This document shows positions 9,051 to 17,874 of a stretch of 64,000 bases of DNA, piece by piece (position 1 is the stretch's first letter; every line of letters starts with the position of its first letter). A program made the position numbers and the translations under genes. The notes under the pieces were generated by a model, which did not search any database, was not told the origin of the DNA, and saw only the letters and a program-made list of their open reading frames with translations. Origin of the DNA: Catellatospora sp. KI3 (GTDB lineage Bacteria > Actinomycetota > Actinomycetes > Mycobacteriales > Micromonosporaceae); contig NZ_JASAMB010000002.1 in the NCBI RefSeq assembly GCF_029948125.1, forward strand, positions 262,479 to 326,478, given 5' to 3'.

Positions 9051-9818
9051 TCAGCAGCCGGTGTCGATACCGCGGGCCTTCAGCCACGGGGCGGGGTCGA
9101 CCTGGTTCCACATGCTGCCCTGGTGCACCTCGAAGTGCAGGTGGGGGCCGGTGGAGTCACCGGTGGAGCCCTCGTACCCGAGGATGTCGCCGGCCTTGAC
9201 CGTGTCGCCGACCTGCACCGCCTCGCGGTTCATGTGGGCGTAGTGGGTGTAGTAGCCGTTGCCGTGGTCGACCACGACCGAGATGCCGTACCCGGTGTAG
9301 ACCCAGCCCGCCGCGAAGACGGTGCCGGGGCCGACGGCGCGGATGGCGGTGTTCTCCGGCATGGCGAAGTCGACGCCCTTGTGCATCGTGCCCCAGCGGG
9401 GGCCGAAGCAGGAGCTGACCGGGGAGCCCTGCATGGGGCTGCTCCACATGGCCTTGGCCTTGGGCGCGGCGGCTTTGGCCTTCGCCGGGGCAGCCTGCTT
9501 GGCCTTGGCCGGGGCGGCCTGCTTCGCCTTGCTCTTGGCGGGGGTGCTGCTCTTGGTGCTCTTGGTGCTGCGGGTGGAGCGGTCAGCCCGCTCGGCGACA
9601 GCCTCCCGCTTGGCGGTGGCCTCAGCCGCGACGGTGGTCAGCGACTTGCTGGGGGCGTTGTCGATGTTGGCGGCGACGAAGCCGACCGACGCCACACCTG
9701 CCAGAACCGCGATGGCGGTGACCTCACGGGTGCGGCCCTTCAGCCCGGCCCGGACCCGGTCGCGTACGGCGACCAGCTTCTCGCGGCCGGTCTTGAAGAT
9801 CTCGGTGCTGCTCTGCAC
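9051..9818 (-). CDS. M23 family metallopeptidase (LytM domain), membrane-anchored with Lys/Ala-rich repeat linker
   Basis: C-terminal LytM domain with HxxxD and HxH zinc motifs (HKGVDFA...YAHMNR...GPHLHFEVHQ). N-terminal TM helix. The linker AKSKAKQAAPAKAKQAAPAKAKAAAP is encoded by a DNA tandem repeat near 9450-9560. Confidence 0.85.
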   Translation of the reverse strand: MQSSTEIFKTGREKLVAVRDRVRAGLKGRTREVTAIAVLAGVASVGFVAANIDNAPSKSLTTVAAEATAKREAVAERADRSTRSTKSTKSSTPAKSKAKQAAPAKAKQAAPAKAKAAAPKAKAMWSSPMQGSPVSSCFGPRWGTMHKGVDFAMPENTAIRAVGPGTVFAAGWVYTGYGISVVVDHGNGYYTHYAHMNREAVQVGDTVKAGDILGYEGSTGDSTGPHLHFEVHQGSMWNQVDPAPWLKARGIDTGC

Positions 9819-10063
9819 GAGGGGAACCTCCGTTGGTGTCTCCGTTGACGGGAGCCATGTTGCCTGGTCAGAACGGGGGTCACCAAGCGGGCCATGAGCC
9901 CGATTCGGATACGCGGGCGGTTTTCGGGCGAGTGTTCTGTCCGGTTGTGCGGCCTAGGCGCACGTGGAGTCCCATTTCGACGAAGTGACCTCGGTCACCC
10001 AGAAGGCCCGATTTCGTGACGCGGGGCGGGGGCGTCGTAGCGGTGCGTAATGGCGAATCAGAC

Positions 10064-10096
10064 AAAACCGCCCGCATCAGAATGATGCGGGCGGTT
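10064..10096 (-). terminator. Rho-independent terminator CCGCCCGCATC-AGAAT-GATGCGGGCGG
   Basis: 11-bp perfect stem, with a T-run on the minus strand (plus strand shows AAAA before the stem). Lies just downstream of the second M23 gene. Confidence 0.65.
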
Positions 10097-10109
10097 CGGA
10101 AGAATGGAA

Positions 10110-10898
10110 TCAGCCGACGGAGCCGTCGAAGGCCTGCTCAATTTCGAGTTCGAGATCGACACCGTGCTGTTTGAACCACGGAATCGGGTTCTGGGCCACG
10201 TCGTTCACGTGGATCTCCAGGTGCAGGTGCGAGCCGAAGGAGTGGCCGGTGTTGCCGCCGAGGGCGATGATCTGGCCCGCCTTGACCTTCTGGCCGACCT
10301 TGACCAGCAGCTTGCTGGAGTGGCCGTACACCGTCTTGAGGCCGTTGCCGTGGTCGATGATCACGCAGTAGCCGTAGCCGCCGTTCCAGCCGGCGAGGAT
10401 GACGGTCCCGTCGTGCACCGCCCCGAACGGCGTGCCCTCGCTGAGTGCCAGGTCGACACCCTTGTGCATCTTCCCCCAGCGCATCGCGAACCCGGAGGTG
10501 ATGCGGAAGTTGTGGAAGGGGAGCAGCCAGGCGTTCGGCGCTGCGGTGATCGAGGTGCTGAGCGTGCGGTCGTCGCCGCGGCTGGCCCGGTCGGCGGCCT
10601 CCGCGCGGGCGCTGCTCGACTCGGTGATGGCGGTGGTGTCACCGCTGAGGGCGTCGGTCTTGGCGTCCGAGATGCCGGCTCCGGCACCGAAGGCCACGAT
10701 TCCCGCGCCGACGAACGCGGTGGTGATGACGGCCGCGTACCTGCTGCGGGGCGGCGTGGCCACCCTGCGGCGGCCGCGGTAGCGGTCGCTCTCAGTCGAC
10801 ACCTCTGGCCGGTACTGCACCTGTAACGCCTCCGTCATCGGTGGCGCCGCCGGATCGCGACGCTCTGTCACCCTCTTTTGGATGGCACTGCGGGACAA
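10110..10898 (-). CDS. M23 family metallopeptidase (LytM domain), paralog 2
   Basis: HKGVDLA...YGHSSK...GSHLHLEIHVN motifs and a TM segment. True start may be the internal Met at about 10838. Confidence 0.8.
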   Translation of the reverse strand: MSRSAIQKRVTERRDPAAPPMTEALQVQYRPEVSTESDRYRGRRRVATPPRSRYAAVITTAFVGAGIVAFGAGAGISDAKTDALSGDTTAITESSSARAEAADRASRGDDRTLSTSITAAPNAWLLPFHNFRITSGFAMRWGKMHKGVDLALSEGTPFGAVHDGTVILAGWNGGYGYCVIIDHGNGLKTVYGHSSKLLVKVGQKVKAGQIIALGGNTGHSFGSHLHLEIHVNDVAQNPIPWFKQHGVDLELEIEQAFDGSVG

Positions 10899-11006
10899 CT
10901 TAACGAACCCGTAGGGGTGGGCACAAGCTCCTGTCCGTCATCCCTTAGCTATCAGTGCGACTGTCCGGCCCGAATATCCCGTTTATGTCCCTATTCATCC
11001 AGATTT

Positions 11007-11033
11007 CCAGTGATCACTCTCAGTGATCACTGG
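11007..11033. promoter_or_regulatory. Perfect 27-bp palindrome CCAGTGATCACT-CTC-AGTGATCACTGG in a divergent promoter region
   Basis: Perfect inverted repeat with 12-bp arms, each containing TGATCA. Lies between the M23 peptidase (-) and the B12-binding protein gene (+) at 11148. Confidence 0.5.
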
Positions 11034-11147
11034 TTGGGCAGCGGGTATATACAGGTGTCGCAGTGCGATGTGAGGCGACCGCTGGTGGTGACCGTCGGCG
11101 GGTGGGTTACCGTTCGTTAAGGTCAGTACGGCGAGAGGTGAGCACTG

Positions 11148-11555
11148 ATGGGCACTCGTATTCGCGTGGTCGTGGCCAAGCCCGGCCTCGACGGGCACGA
11201 CCGCGGCGCGAAAGTGGTGGCCAGGGCCCTGCGCGACGCGGGTATGGAGGTCATCTACACCGGCCTGCACCAGACGGCCGAGCAGATCGTGGAGACCGCG
11301 ATCCAGGAGGACGCGGACGCGGTCGGCCTGTCCGTGCTGTCCGGCGCGCACATGACGCTGTTCCCCCGGGTGGTCGAGCTGCTGCGCGAGCGCGGCGCCG
11401 ACGACATGGTGGTGTTCGGCGGCGGCATCATCCCCGAGGCGGACATCCCCGAGCTGGAGCGGCTGGGCGTGGCCAAGGTGTTCACCCCCGGCGCGACGAC
11501 GCACTCGATCGTCGACTGGGTGCGCGCGAACGTGGCGACGTCGCAGCCCGCCTGA
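11148..11555 (+). CDS. Cobalamin-binding domain protein (methylmalonyl-/isobutyryl-CoA mutase small-subunit-like, IcmB-like)
   Basis: 135 aa. B12-binding Rossmann domain with the DxHxxG motif ([11 protein letters not shown]) and a size typical of IcmB. Confidence 0.7.
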   Translation: MGTRIRVVVAKPGLDGHDRGAKVVARALRDAGMEVIYTGLHQTAEQIVETAIQEDADAVGLSVLSGAHMTLFPRVVELLRERGADDMVVFGGGIIPEADIPELERLGVAKVFTPGATTHSIVDWVRANVATSQPA

Positions 11556-11567
11556 CCGGCGTACACG

Positions 11568-11605
11568 TATATAGAGGCGCCCGCCGGAGCGGGCGCCTCT
11601 ATATA
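11568..11605 (+). terminator. Rho-independent terminator TATATAGAGGCGCCCGC-CGGA-GCGGGCGCCTCTATATA
   Basis: 17-bp perfect inverted repeat immediately after the stop of the B12-binding gene. Confidence 0.7.
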
Positions 11606-11834
11606 CGGTCAAACGAATAGGGGAGGAGCCGGACGCACCCCTCACACGCCCGGCTCCTCTATGCACGACGCCCCGCCGCCACCCCTCGACCGACAGGGCA
11701 TCGGCCGTTTGTGTCTTCCCGCCTGGCCTTTCGGTTCAGCGCTCCGACATCAGACTCAACGAGGGTTTCCGCGGGGGGTTACGGGCATCCGGCGGGTCAC
11801 CGAAACGGGTGACGGGCTGCTACGTTCCCCCCTC

Positions 11835-12518
11835 ATGACCTCCCCTGACACGGCGGCCGGCCAGCCAGGCACCGCCGACTTCCCCACCCTGCACAAGGCG
11901 ATCCCCGCCGGGCTTCCGTTCGAGGTCCGGCTGACCTCGGGCTGGGGCCACGCGTTGCGTCACCGCCGCGCCGAAATCATCATGTTGTACGTCTTCGGCC
12001 TGCTCTTCCTGGTCGGCGCCCTCTACTTCATCACCGGCCCCGATGAGATCGTGCACAGCAACCGAGGCGACTGGGACTCGCACGTGCTCGGCTGGGTGAC
12101 CCTCGCGATGGCACTGTTCTTCCTGCTCTCGACGCCGGTCACCACCTGGTGGCTGATGCGCAGGCCGGTCCTGCTGGCCGCTGACGCCCATGGCGTGTTC
12201 GTCCGCCCGAACGGCGACAAGGACCGGGCGTTGCACCTGCCCTGGGCCACGATCGAGACCGTGGCCGTGCGGCGGTGGCGTGGGCCGCAGTTGATCGTCA
12301 AGCCGCGAGACGCGCGCATCGAGGACCAGTTCAAGCTCAAGCAGCAGGCACGCGGTGTGGATCAGCGGGCCGGGGTGGCGATCGCGCAGAAGCTGCGCAT
12401 GCGCAAGCTCGGCACCAACGTCCACGTGCCGGTGGGCGGGGTGGCGCAGAGCCCGCAGGAGCTGCTGCTCGGGCTGCAGTACCAGGCGGCGGGCCGCTGC
12501 CCGATCGAGCTGGCATAG
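11835..12518 (+). CDS. Hypothetical membrane protein (two TM helices plus PH-like C-terminal domain); start uncertain (track ORF begins 11661)
   Basis: Hydrophobic stretches LYVFGLLFLVGALYFI and VTLAMALFFLLSTPV, then a soluble basic domain. No recognisable catalytic motifs. Confidence 0.4.
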   Translation: MTSPDTAAGQPGTADFPTLHKAIPAGLPFEVRLTSGWGHALRHRRAEIIMLYVFGLLFLVGALYFITGPDEIVHSNRGDWDSHVLGWVTLAMALFFLLSTPVTTWWLMRRPVLLAADAHGVFVRPNGDKDRALHLPWATIETVAVRRWRGPQLIVKPRDARIEDQFKLKQQARGVDQRAGVAIAQKLRMRKLGTNVHVPVGGVAQSPQELLLGLQYQAAGRCPIELA

Positions 12519-12696
12519 CCGGTGGTCGTCGCCCGGTGTGCAGTTGGGCACACCGGGCGGTCGTGCCGATACCCTGCGCTGAGGGACCGTTAGGCTGCGC
12601 GGAAGGCCCATCCAGCGGAGGATGGGCAATGGTCCCTACGCGTCGTGCCGGGTGTCCCGCCGCCGACGCGGTGGGCTGGACAGCGAAGAGGTATCG

Positions 12697-13875
12697 GTGG
12701 ACCTGTACGAGTACCAGGGGCGCGATGTCTTCGAGAAGCACGGCCTGCCCGTGCTCGCCGGTGGCGTCGCCGAGACCCCTGAGGAGGCCCGCGCCATCGC
12801 CGAGCGGCTCGGCGGCCGTGTGGTGGTCAAGGCGCAGGTGAAGGTCGGCGGCCGCGGCAAGGCCGGCGGCGTGAAGCTGGCCGACGGCGCCGACGAGGCC
12901 TACGCGCGCGCGAACGACATCCTCGGCATGGACATCAAGGGCCACACGGTCCACAAGGTGATGCTGGCCGAGACCGCCGACATCGTCGAGGAGTACTACT
13001 TCTCCTACCTGCTGGACCGGGCGAACCGCACCTTCCTGTGCATCGCCAGCGTGGCCGGCGGCATGGAGATCGAGACCGTCGCCGAGGAGCAGCCGGAGAA
13101 GGTCGCGAAGGTGGCCATCGACGCCAACCGCGGCGTCGACGAGGCCCTGGCCCGCGAGATCGTCACGGCCGGCCACTTCCCGGCCGAGGTCGCCGACCAG
13201 GTCGTCGACATCGCGGTGAAGCTGTGGCAGACGTTCGTCGCCGAGGACGCGACGCTGGTCGAGGTCAACCCGCTGGCGAAGGTGGGCGACGGCCGGGTGC
13301 TGTGCCTGGACGCCAAGGTGACCCTGGACGAGAACGCCGGGTTCCGCCACGCCGACCACGAGGCGCTGGAGGACAAGGCCGCGGTCGACCCGCTGGAGCA
13401 GGCCGCCAAGGCCAAGGACCTCAACTACGTCAAGCTCGACGGCGAGGTCGGCATCATCGGCAACGGCGCGGGCCTGGTCATGTCGACCCTGGACGTGGTC
13501 GCCTACGCCGGTGAGGAGTTCGGCGGGGTCAAGCCCGCGAACTTCCTCGACATCGGCGGCGGCGCGTCGGCCGAGGTGATGGCGAACGGTCTGGAGATCG
13601 TGCTGTCCGACCCGGCCGTGAAGAGCGTCTTCGTCAACGTCTTCGGCGGCATCACCGCCTGCGACGCGGTCGCCAACGGCATCATCCAGGCGCTGGCCAT
13701 GCTGGAGGGCCGGGGCGAGCAGGTCACCAAGCCGCTGGTCGTGCGGCTGGACGGCAACAACGCCGAGGCCGGTCGGGCCATCCTCGACGGCGCCGGCAAC
13801 CCGCTCGTGGAGCGGGTCGACACCATGGACGGCGCCGCCAAGCGCGCCGCCGAGCTCGCTGCGGCTGGGAAGTGA
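12697..13875 (+). CDS. sucC: Succinyl-CoA ligase [ADP-forming] beta subunit
   Basis: GTG start gives [20 protein letters not shown], the classic SucC N-terminus. ATP-grasp and CoA-ligase domains present. Immediately followed by sucD. Confidence 0.92.
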   Translation: MDLYEYQGRDVFEKHGLPVLAGGVAETPEEARAIAERLGGRVVVKAQVKVGGRGKAGGVKLADGADEAYARANDILGMDIKGHTVHKVMLAETADIVEEYYFSYLLDRANRTFLCIASVAGGMEIETVAEEQPEKVAKVAIDANRGVDEALAREIVTAGHFPAEVADQVVDIAVKLWQTFVAEDATLVEVNPLAKVGDGRVLCLDAKVTLDENAGFRHADHEALEDKAAVDPLEQAAKAKDLNYVKLDGEVGIIGNGAGLVMSTLDVVAYAGEEFGGVKPANFLDIGGGASAEVMANGLEIVLSDPAVKSVFVNVFGGITACDAVANGIIQALAMLEGRGEQVTKPLVVRLDGNNAEAGRAILDGAGNPLVERVDTMDGAAKRAAELAAAGK

Positions 13876-13882
13876 CTGAGAC

Positions 13883-14770
13883 ATGGCTATCTGGCTCACC
13901 AAGGACTCGAAGGTCATCGTCCAGGGCGTGACCGGCTCTGAGGGCTCCAAGCACACCCGCCGCATGCTGGCGGCCGGCACGAACATCGTCGGCGGCGTGA
14001 ACCCGCGCAAGGCGGGCACCACCGTCGAGTTCGACGGCCACGAGGTGCCGGTGTTCGGCACGGTCGCCGAGGCGATGGACGCCACCGGTGCCGACGTCAC
14101 CGTCATCTTCGTACCCCCGGCCTTCACCAAGCAGGCGGTCGTCGAGGCGATCGACGCGGGTATCGGCCTGGCCGTCGTGATCACCGAGGGCGTGCCGGTG
14201 CACGACACCGCCGCGTTCTGGGCGCACGCCGTGGCGACCGGCAACAAGACCCGGATCATCGGGCCGAACTGCCCCGGCATCGCCTCGCCGGGTGCCAGCA
14301 ACGCCGGCATCATCCCAGCCGACATCAGCGGCTCGGGCCGCATCGGCCTGGTCTCGAAGTCGGGCACGCTGACCTACCAGCTCATGTACGAGCTGCGCGA
14401 CATCGGCTTCTCCACCGCCGTGGGCATCGGCGGCGACCCGATCATCGGCACCACCCACATCGACGCGCTCGCGGCCTTCCAGGACGACCCGGAGACCGAG
14501 GCCATCGTCATGATCGGTGAGATCGGCGGCGACGCCGAGGAGCGCGCGGCCGAGTTCATCAAGGCCAACGTGACCAAGCCGGTGGTCGGCTACATCGCGG
14601 GCTTCACCGCCCCGCCCGGCAAGACCATGGGCCACGCCGGCGCGATCATCTCCGGCTCGTCCGGCACCGCCGACGCGAAGAAGACGGCGCTGGAGGCGGC
14701 CGGGGTCAAGGTCGGCAAGACGCCGTCGGAGACCGCGCGCCTGATGCGCGAGGTCATGCAGGGCCGCTGA
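13883..14770 (+). CDS. sucD: Succinyl-CoA ligase alpha subunit
   Basis: [21 protein letters not shown]... CoA-binding domain, with the active-site His region GHAGAIISG. Confidence 0.92.
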   Translation: MAIWLTKDSKVIVQGVTGSEGSKHTRRMLAAGTNIVGGVNPRKAGTTVEFDGHEVPVFGTVAEAMDATGADVTVIFVPPAFTKQAVVEAIDAGIGLAVVITEGVPVHDTAAFWAHAVATGNKTRIIGPNCPGIASPGASNAGIIPADISGSGRIGLVSKSGTLTYQLMYELRDIGFSTAVGIGGDPIIGTTHIDALAAFQDDPETEAIVMIGEIGGDAEERAAEFIKANVTKPVVGYIAGFTAPPGKTMGHAGAIISGSSGTADAKKTALEAAGVKVGKTPSETARLMREVMQGR

Positions 14771-14784
14771 GCCCGGCAGACGAG

Positions 14785-14819
14785 AAAGGGGCGCCACCCG
14801 TGCGGGTGGCGCCCCTTTC
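14785..14819. terminator. Bidirectional terminator AAAGGGGCGCCACCCG-TGC-GGGTGGCGCCCCTTTC
   Basis: 16-bp perfect stem between convergent sucD (+) and a DUF4190-like gene (-). Confidence 0.7.
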
Positions 14820-14831
14820 GTGCGTACGCCG

Positions 14832-15200
14832 TCAGTAGTCGTAGCGGTGGCCGCCCATCATTCCGCCGAGTCCGCCGAGCGCGCAGGCCAGGATCCAGCC
14901 GAGCAGCCACAGCACGGTGAAGGCGATGCCCAGCCAGAAGCCGACCTTGCCGAGGGTCTCCTCCTGGCCGTGCTTGCGGGCCTCCTTCATGGACAGCCAG
15001 CCGAACAGGATGCCCAGCGGCGGGCAGCAGGCGACGGCGGCCACGATGCCGATGATGCCGAACAGCACCGTGTTGTCCTTGCCCGCCGGCGGCGGTCCCA
15101 CCCCGTACGGTGACGGGCCCGGATGCACCGGAGGCGGTGGTGGCGGCGGTGGGGGCACCGGCGGCACCGGCTCGTGCGGCGGCACGGGTTCGTTCGTCAT
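14832..15200 (-). CDS. Proline-rich small membrane protein with C-terminal DUF4190-like domain
   Basis: N-terminal PVPPPPPPPPP tract, then the conserved two-helix module (FGIIGIVAAVACCPPLGILFGWLSMKEARK...). Confidence 0.65.
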   Translation of the reverse strand: MTNEPVPPHEPVPPVPPPPPPPPPVHPGPSPYGVGPPPAGKDNTVLFGIIGIVAAVACCPPLGILFGWLSMKEARKHGQEETLGKVGFWLGIAFTVLWLLGWILACALGGLGGMMGGHRYDY

Positions 15201-15218
15201 CGCTTCCCCCGATCGGGA

Positions 15219-15545
15219 CTACATCTTCTGGTTGCTGAACGGGCCGTAGCGGATCACCCAGACGTCCTTGCAGAGGCCGAGCACGCCGAGCACGATGGCG
15301 ATCCAGCCGAGTACGGCCGAGGTGCCGGTCCGCTTGGCCTCGCGCACCGACAGCGCGCCGAAGATGATGCCGAGCACGCCGGTGCAGCAGATGGCCGTGA
15401 CGATGCCGATGATGCCGAAGATCCTGGCCTTGTCCTGGCCGCCCGGGGCCACCGGATTGGGCGGCAGGTTGGGTGGCGGCGGTGGCGGCACGGGCGGTGG
15501 TGGAGGTGGCGGCGGCACGCTCGGCGGCGGCGGTGTGTAGGTCAC
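15219..15545 (-). CDS. Proline-rich small membrane protein, DUF4190-like paralog
   Basis: PPPPPPPPVPPPPPP tract plus the same conserved membrane module (FGIIGIVTAICCTGVLGIIFGALSVREAKR). Tandem paralog of 14832-15200. Confidence 0.65.
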   Translation of the reverse strand: MTYTPPPPSVPPPPPPPPVPPPPPPNLPPNPVAPGGQDKARIFGIIGIVTAICCTGVLGIIFGALSVREAKRTGTSAVLGWIAIVLGVLGLCKDVWVIRYGPFSNQKM

Positions 15546-15648
15546 GGTGCCTCCCTCGGTAGGGACCTGATCGCAGCGTAACCCTCCTAACTCGCATATC
15601 GGGTCGAAATGGCCACGGGGTAGGGATCGTGGTCATCACGCCTCGTTT

Positions 15649-17382
15649 GTGGTTAGGTATCGCCTGATGGCGGAACATGATGGGCCCCTCGACGAGTCGC
15701 CGGTCCGGCGGCCGGACGAGGCTGGGCGCGTGCCGACCCGACTGCGTCCCGCGGTGCCCGGCGGGCGCGCTCCGGACGCCGACGGCGCATCCGATGCCGA
15801 CGCGGCTGCTGACGGCGTGACGGCTGAGGTGGTGACTGCCGGCAGCCCGATGGCAGACGGCACGCCCGTCGGAGCCGACGTGCCGCGGTCCGACCCGTCC
15901 GAACCCGAGAGCGGCCAGGACGAGCCACCGGCCGGTGCCGCGCCGCGAGCAGGCGCGCCCGAAGCCGCGGCCGAGCCGGCCGCGCAGGAGACCGTGCTGC
16001 TGGAACTGGCCCGCCCCGAGGACGCGCGGCCCGACTCGGACTCCGGGCACGACGTCGCCACGCACGACACCGTGCTGCTGACCCCGGGGCATCTGGCCAC
16101 TCGCGAGACGGTGCTGCTGCCCCCGCGCGACGACCTGGCCCACCGGGAGACCGTGCTGCTCTCGCGCGGGCGGCCGACGGGCGTGCTGCGCCCGAAAGGC
16201 GCTCCGCTGCCGGTCGCCGCACTGGTCAACACCGTCTGGGCCGCGCTGCAGACCGTCCTGCCGCTGCTGCTGCTGACCGTCGGCGCCCGCGCCATGGAGG
16301 GGCCGGTCGCGCTCGGCCTGTCCGCGCGGGTGGCGCTGGCCGGCTGGCTGCTGGGGCACGGCGTGCCGCTGACCGGCCCGCTCAACGAGCACCTGGCCAC
16401 CCTCGACCTGCCGCCGCTGCTGCTCACCGCGGTGGCGCTGTGGCGGCTCAGCCGCGCCGCGGTGCACACCGTACGCGCGCTGGGCGCGCAGGGCAGCGGG
16501 TCGATCCGGCACGCCGCCCTGGCCGCCGGGGCCGTCACCGCCGTGTACTGCGGGCTCGGCGTCGGTGCGGCGGCGCTGGTGGACGGTCCGGGCATCCTGG
16601 TGACGCCCTGGCGGGCGGCGCTGAACTTCGCCGTGCTGGGCCTGGCCGCGGCCGGTCTGGGCGCGGCCCGCAGCGGCGGGGTGGTGCGGCGGCTGGCCCG
16701 GCAGACGCCGCTGCTGCTGCGCGACGGGATCCGGGTCGGCTTGGTCGCGACGCTGCTCGTCATGGGGGTCGGCGCCGGGGCGGTCGGCCTGGCCGTGGCG
16801 GTGAACGGGGCCGAGGCTTCGCACCGGCTCGCGGAGTTCCCGGGCGGCGTGCTCGGGCAGATCGGCGCGGTCCTGCTCTGCCTGGCGTACGGGCCGAACC
16901 TGTCCGCCTGGGCGGCGTCATACCTGCTGGGGCCGGGCTTCGAGGCGGGCACGCTGCCCCGGACCGGGCTGCCGGTGTTCGCCGGGGTGCCGCAGGCACC
17001 GCTGCGTGGGGTCGGCTGGCTGCTGACGGTCCTGCCGCTGCTCGGCGGGGCGCTGGCGATGGTGCTGCTGGCGCACCGGCGGCTGCGTCCCCGGCGTACC
17101 CGCCAGGGCGACGTGGTGCTGCCGCAGCCGAACTGGCTGCGCCTGGCCGGGTCGGCGGCGGTCGGCGGGGTGGTGGCCGGGCTGCTGTGCGCGGCGGTCG
17201 GCTACGCCTCCGGCGGGGTGCTGCGCACCACCAGCGGCGCGCTGCGCTTCGGCCCCGCGATCTGGCCCATGGCCGGCATGGGTGCGCTGGTGGTGACCCT
17301 CGGCAGCCTGCTCGCGGTGGCGGGCGTCTGGGCGTTCACGGCCCGGCCGGGTGCGAAGCGGACCGCTTCCGTCCAGGACTGA
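15649..17382 (+). CDS. Polytopic integral membrane protein, PerM/DUF6350-like (cell-division associated); N-terminal ~125 aa low-complexity, start uncertain
   Basis: At least 10 predicted TM helices in the C-terminal 450 aa. Position between sucCD and purNH, flanked by proline-rich membrane proteins, matches mycobacterial Rv0954-Rv0955(perM). Confidence 0.55.
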   Translation: MVRYRLMAEHDGPLDESPVRRPDEAGRVPTRLRPAVPGGRAPDADGASDADAAADGVTAEVVTAGSPMADGTPVGADVPRSDPSEPESGQDEPPAGAAPRAGAPEAAAEPAAQETVLLELARPEDARPDSDSGHDVATHDTVLLTPGHLATRETVLLPPRDDLAHRETVLLSRGRPTGVLRPKGAPLPVAALVNTVWAALQTVLPLLLLTVGARAMEGPVALGLSARVALAGWLLGHGVPLTGPLNEHLATLDLPPLLLTAVALWRLSRAAVHTVRALGAQGSGSIRHAALAAGAVTAVYCGLGVGAAALVDGPGILVTPWRAALNFAVLGLAAAGLGAARSGGVVRRLARQTPLLLRDGIRVGLVATLLVMGVGAGAVGLAVAVNGAEASHRLAEFPGGVLGQIGAVLLCLAYGPNLSAWAASYLLGPGFEAGTLPRTGLPVFAGVPQAPLRGVGWLLTVLPLLGGALAMVLLAHRRLRPRRTRQGDVVLPQPNWLRLAGSAAVGGVVAGLLCAAVGYASGGVLRTTSGALRFGPAIWPMAGMGALVVTLGSLLAVAGVWAFTARPGAKRTASVQD

Positions 17383-17454
17383 CGGTCCGAGAGTCGTTTC
17401 CAGACCGCGTCTCGAAGACACGGCTGCCGAGCGACACCGGTCGCGTCCCGGCCG

Positions 17455-17733
17455 TCACTCGAAGACGCGGATGCCCAGCTTCACCGCGAGCACGGTGCAG
17501 CACGCGCAGCCGATCGTCCACACCGCCAGGCCGACGAGCACCGCGAGCCGGGACCACGTGCGGGACGTGGCGACCGCGGCCTGCGCCTGTGCGAACTCGC
17601 CCTGCCGCAGCAGCGGATTGACCCGGTTGGCGCTGACCAGTGCCAGCAGCCCCAGCGGGGGGAACAGCAGGATGCCGACGACCGACATCGTCCTGTTGTT
17701 GTCGACCAGCGGTTGCTGCCAGTCGTGGCCCAA
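17455..17733 (-). CDS. Small hypothetical membrane protein (92 aa, two TM helices)
   Basis: Hydrophobic helices SVVGILLFPPLGLLALV and LAVLVGLAVWTIGCACCTVLAV. No motifs. Confidence 0.35.
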   Translation of the reverse strand: MGHDWQQPLVDNNRTMSVVGILLFPPLGLLALVSANRVNPLLRQGEFAQAQAAVATSRTWSRLAVLVGLAVWTIGCACCTVLAVKLGIRVFE

Positions 17734-17874
17734 AGCAGACTCCGAGGGGTCGTCGCGGCGGCCCGTGCCGCCGGGCCGTGTTCGGACCAGCGGAGTCTAT
17801 GGGGCCGCTGAACGGGCCGTGCCCGGTGGGACGGCCCTGTCCGGGCCGGCCCACCGGGCACGCGTCGCGGCGGC

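Noticed and set aside
6499-9111. 870-aa minus-strand ORF spanning pcrA
   Set aside because: Antisense to a clearly conserved UvrD/PcrA helicase, with low-complexity R/G/A/P-rich translation.
12540-12696. Possible tRNA or other structured RNA upstream of sucC
   Set aside because: Only a short hairpin (GCCCATCC-AGCGGAG-GATGGGC) is seen. No cloverleaf-compatible arrangement or conserved T-loop (GTTCRANYC) is present.
14590-16952. Large minus-strand ORFs (744 aa, 438 aa) across the DUF4190/perM region
   Set aside because: Antisense to membrane-protein genes with convincing hydrophobic periodicity. The translations are R/G/P/A-rich without domains.
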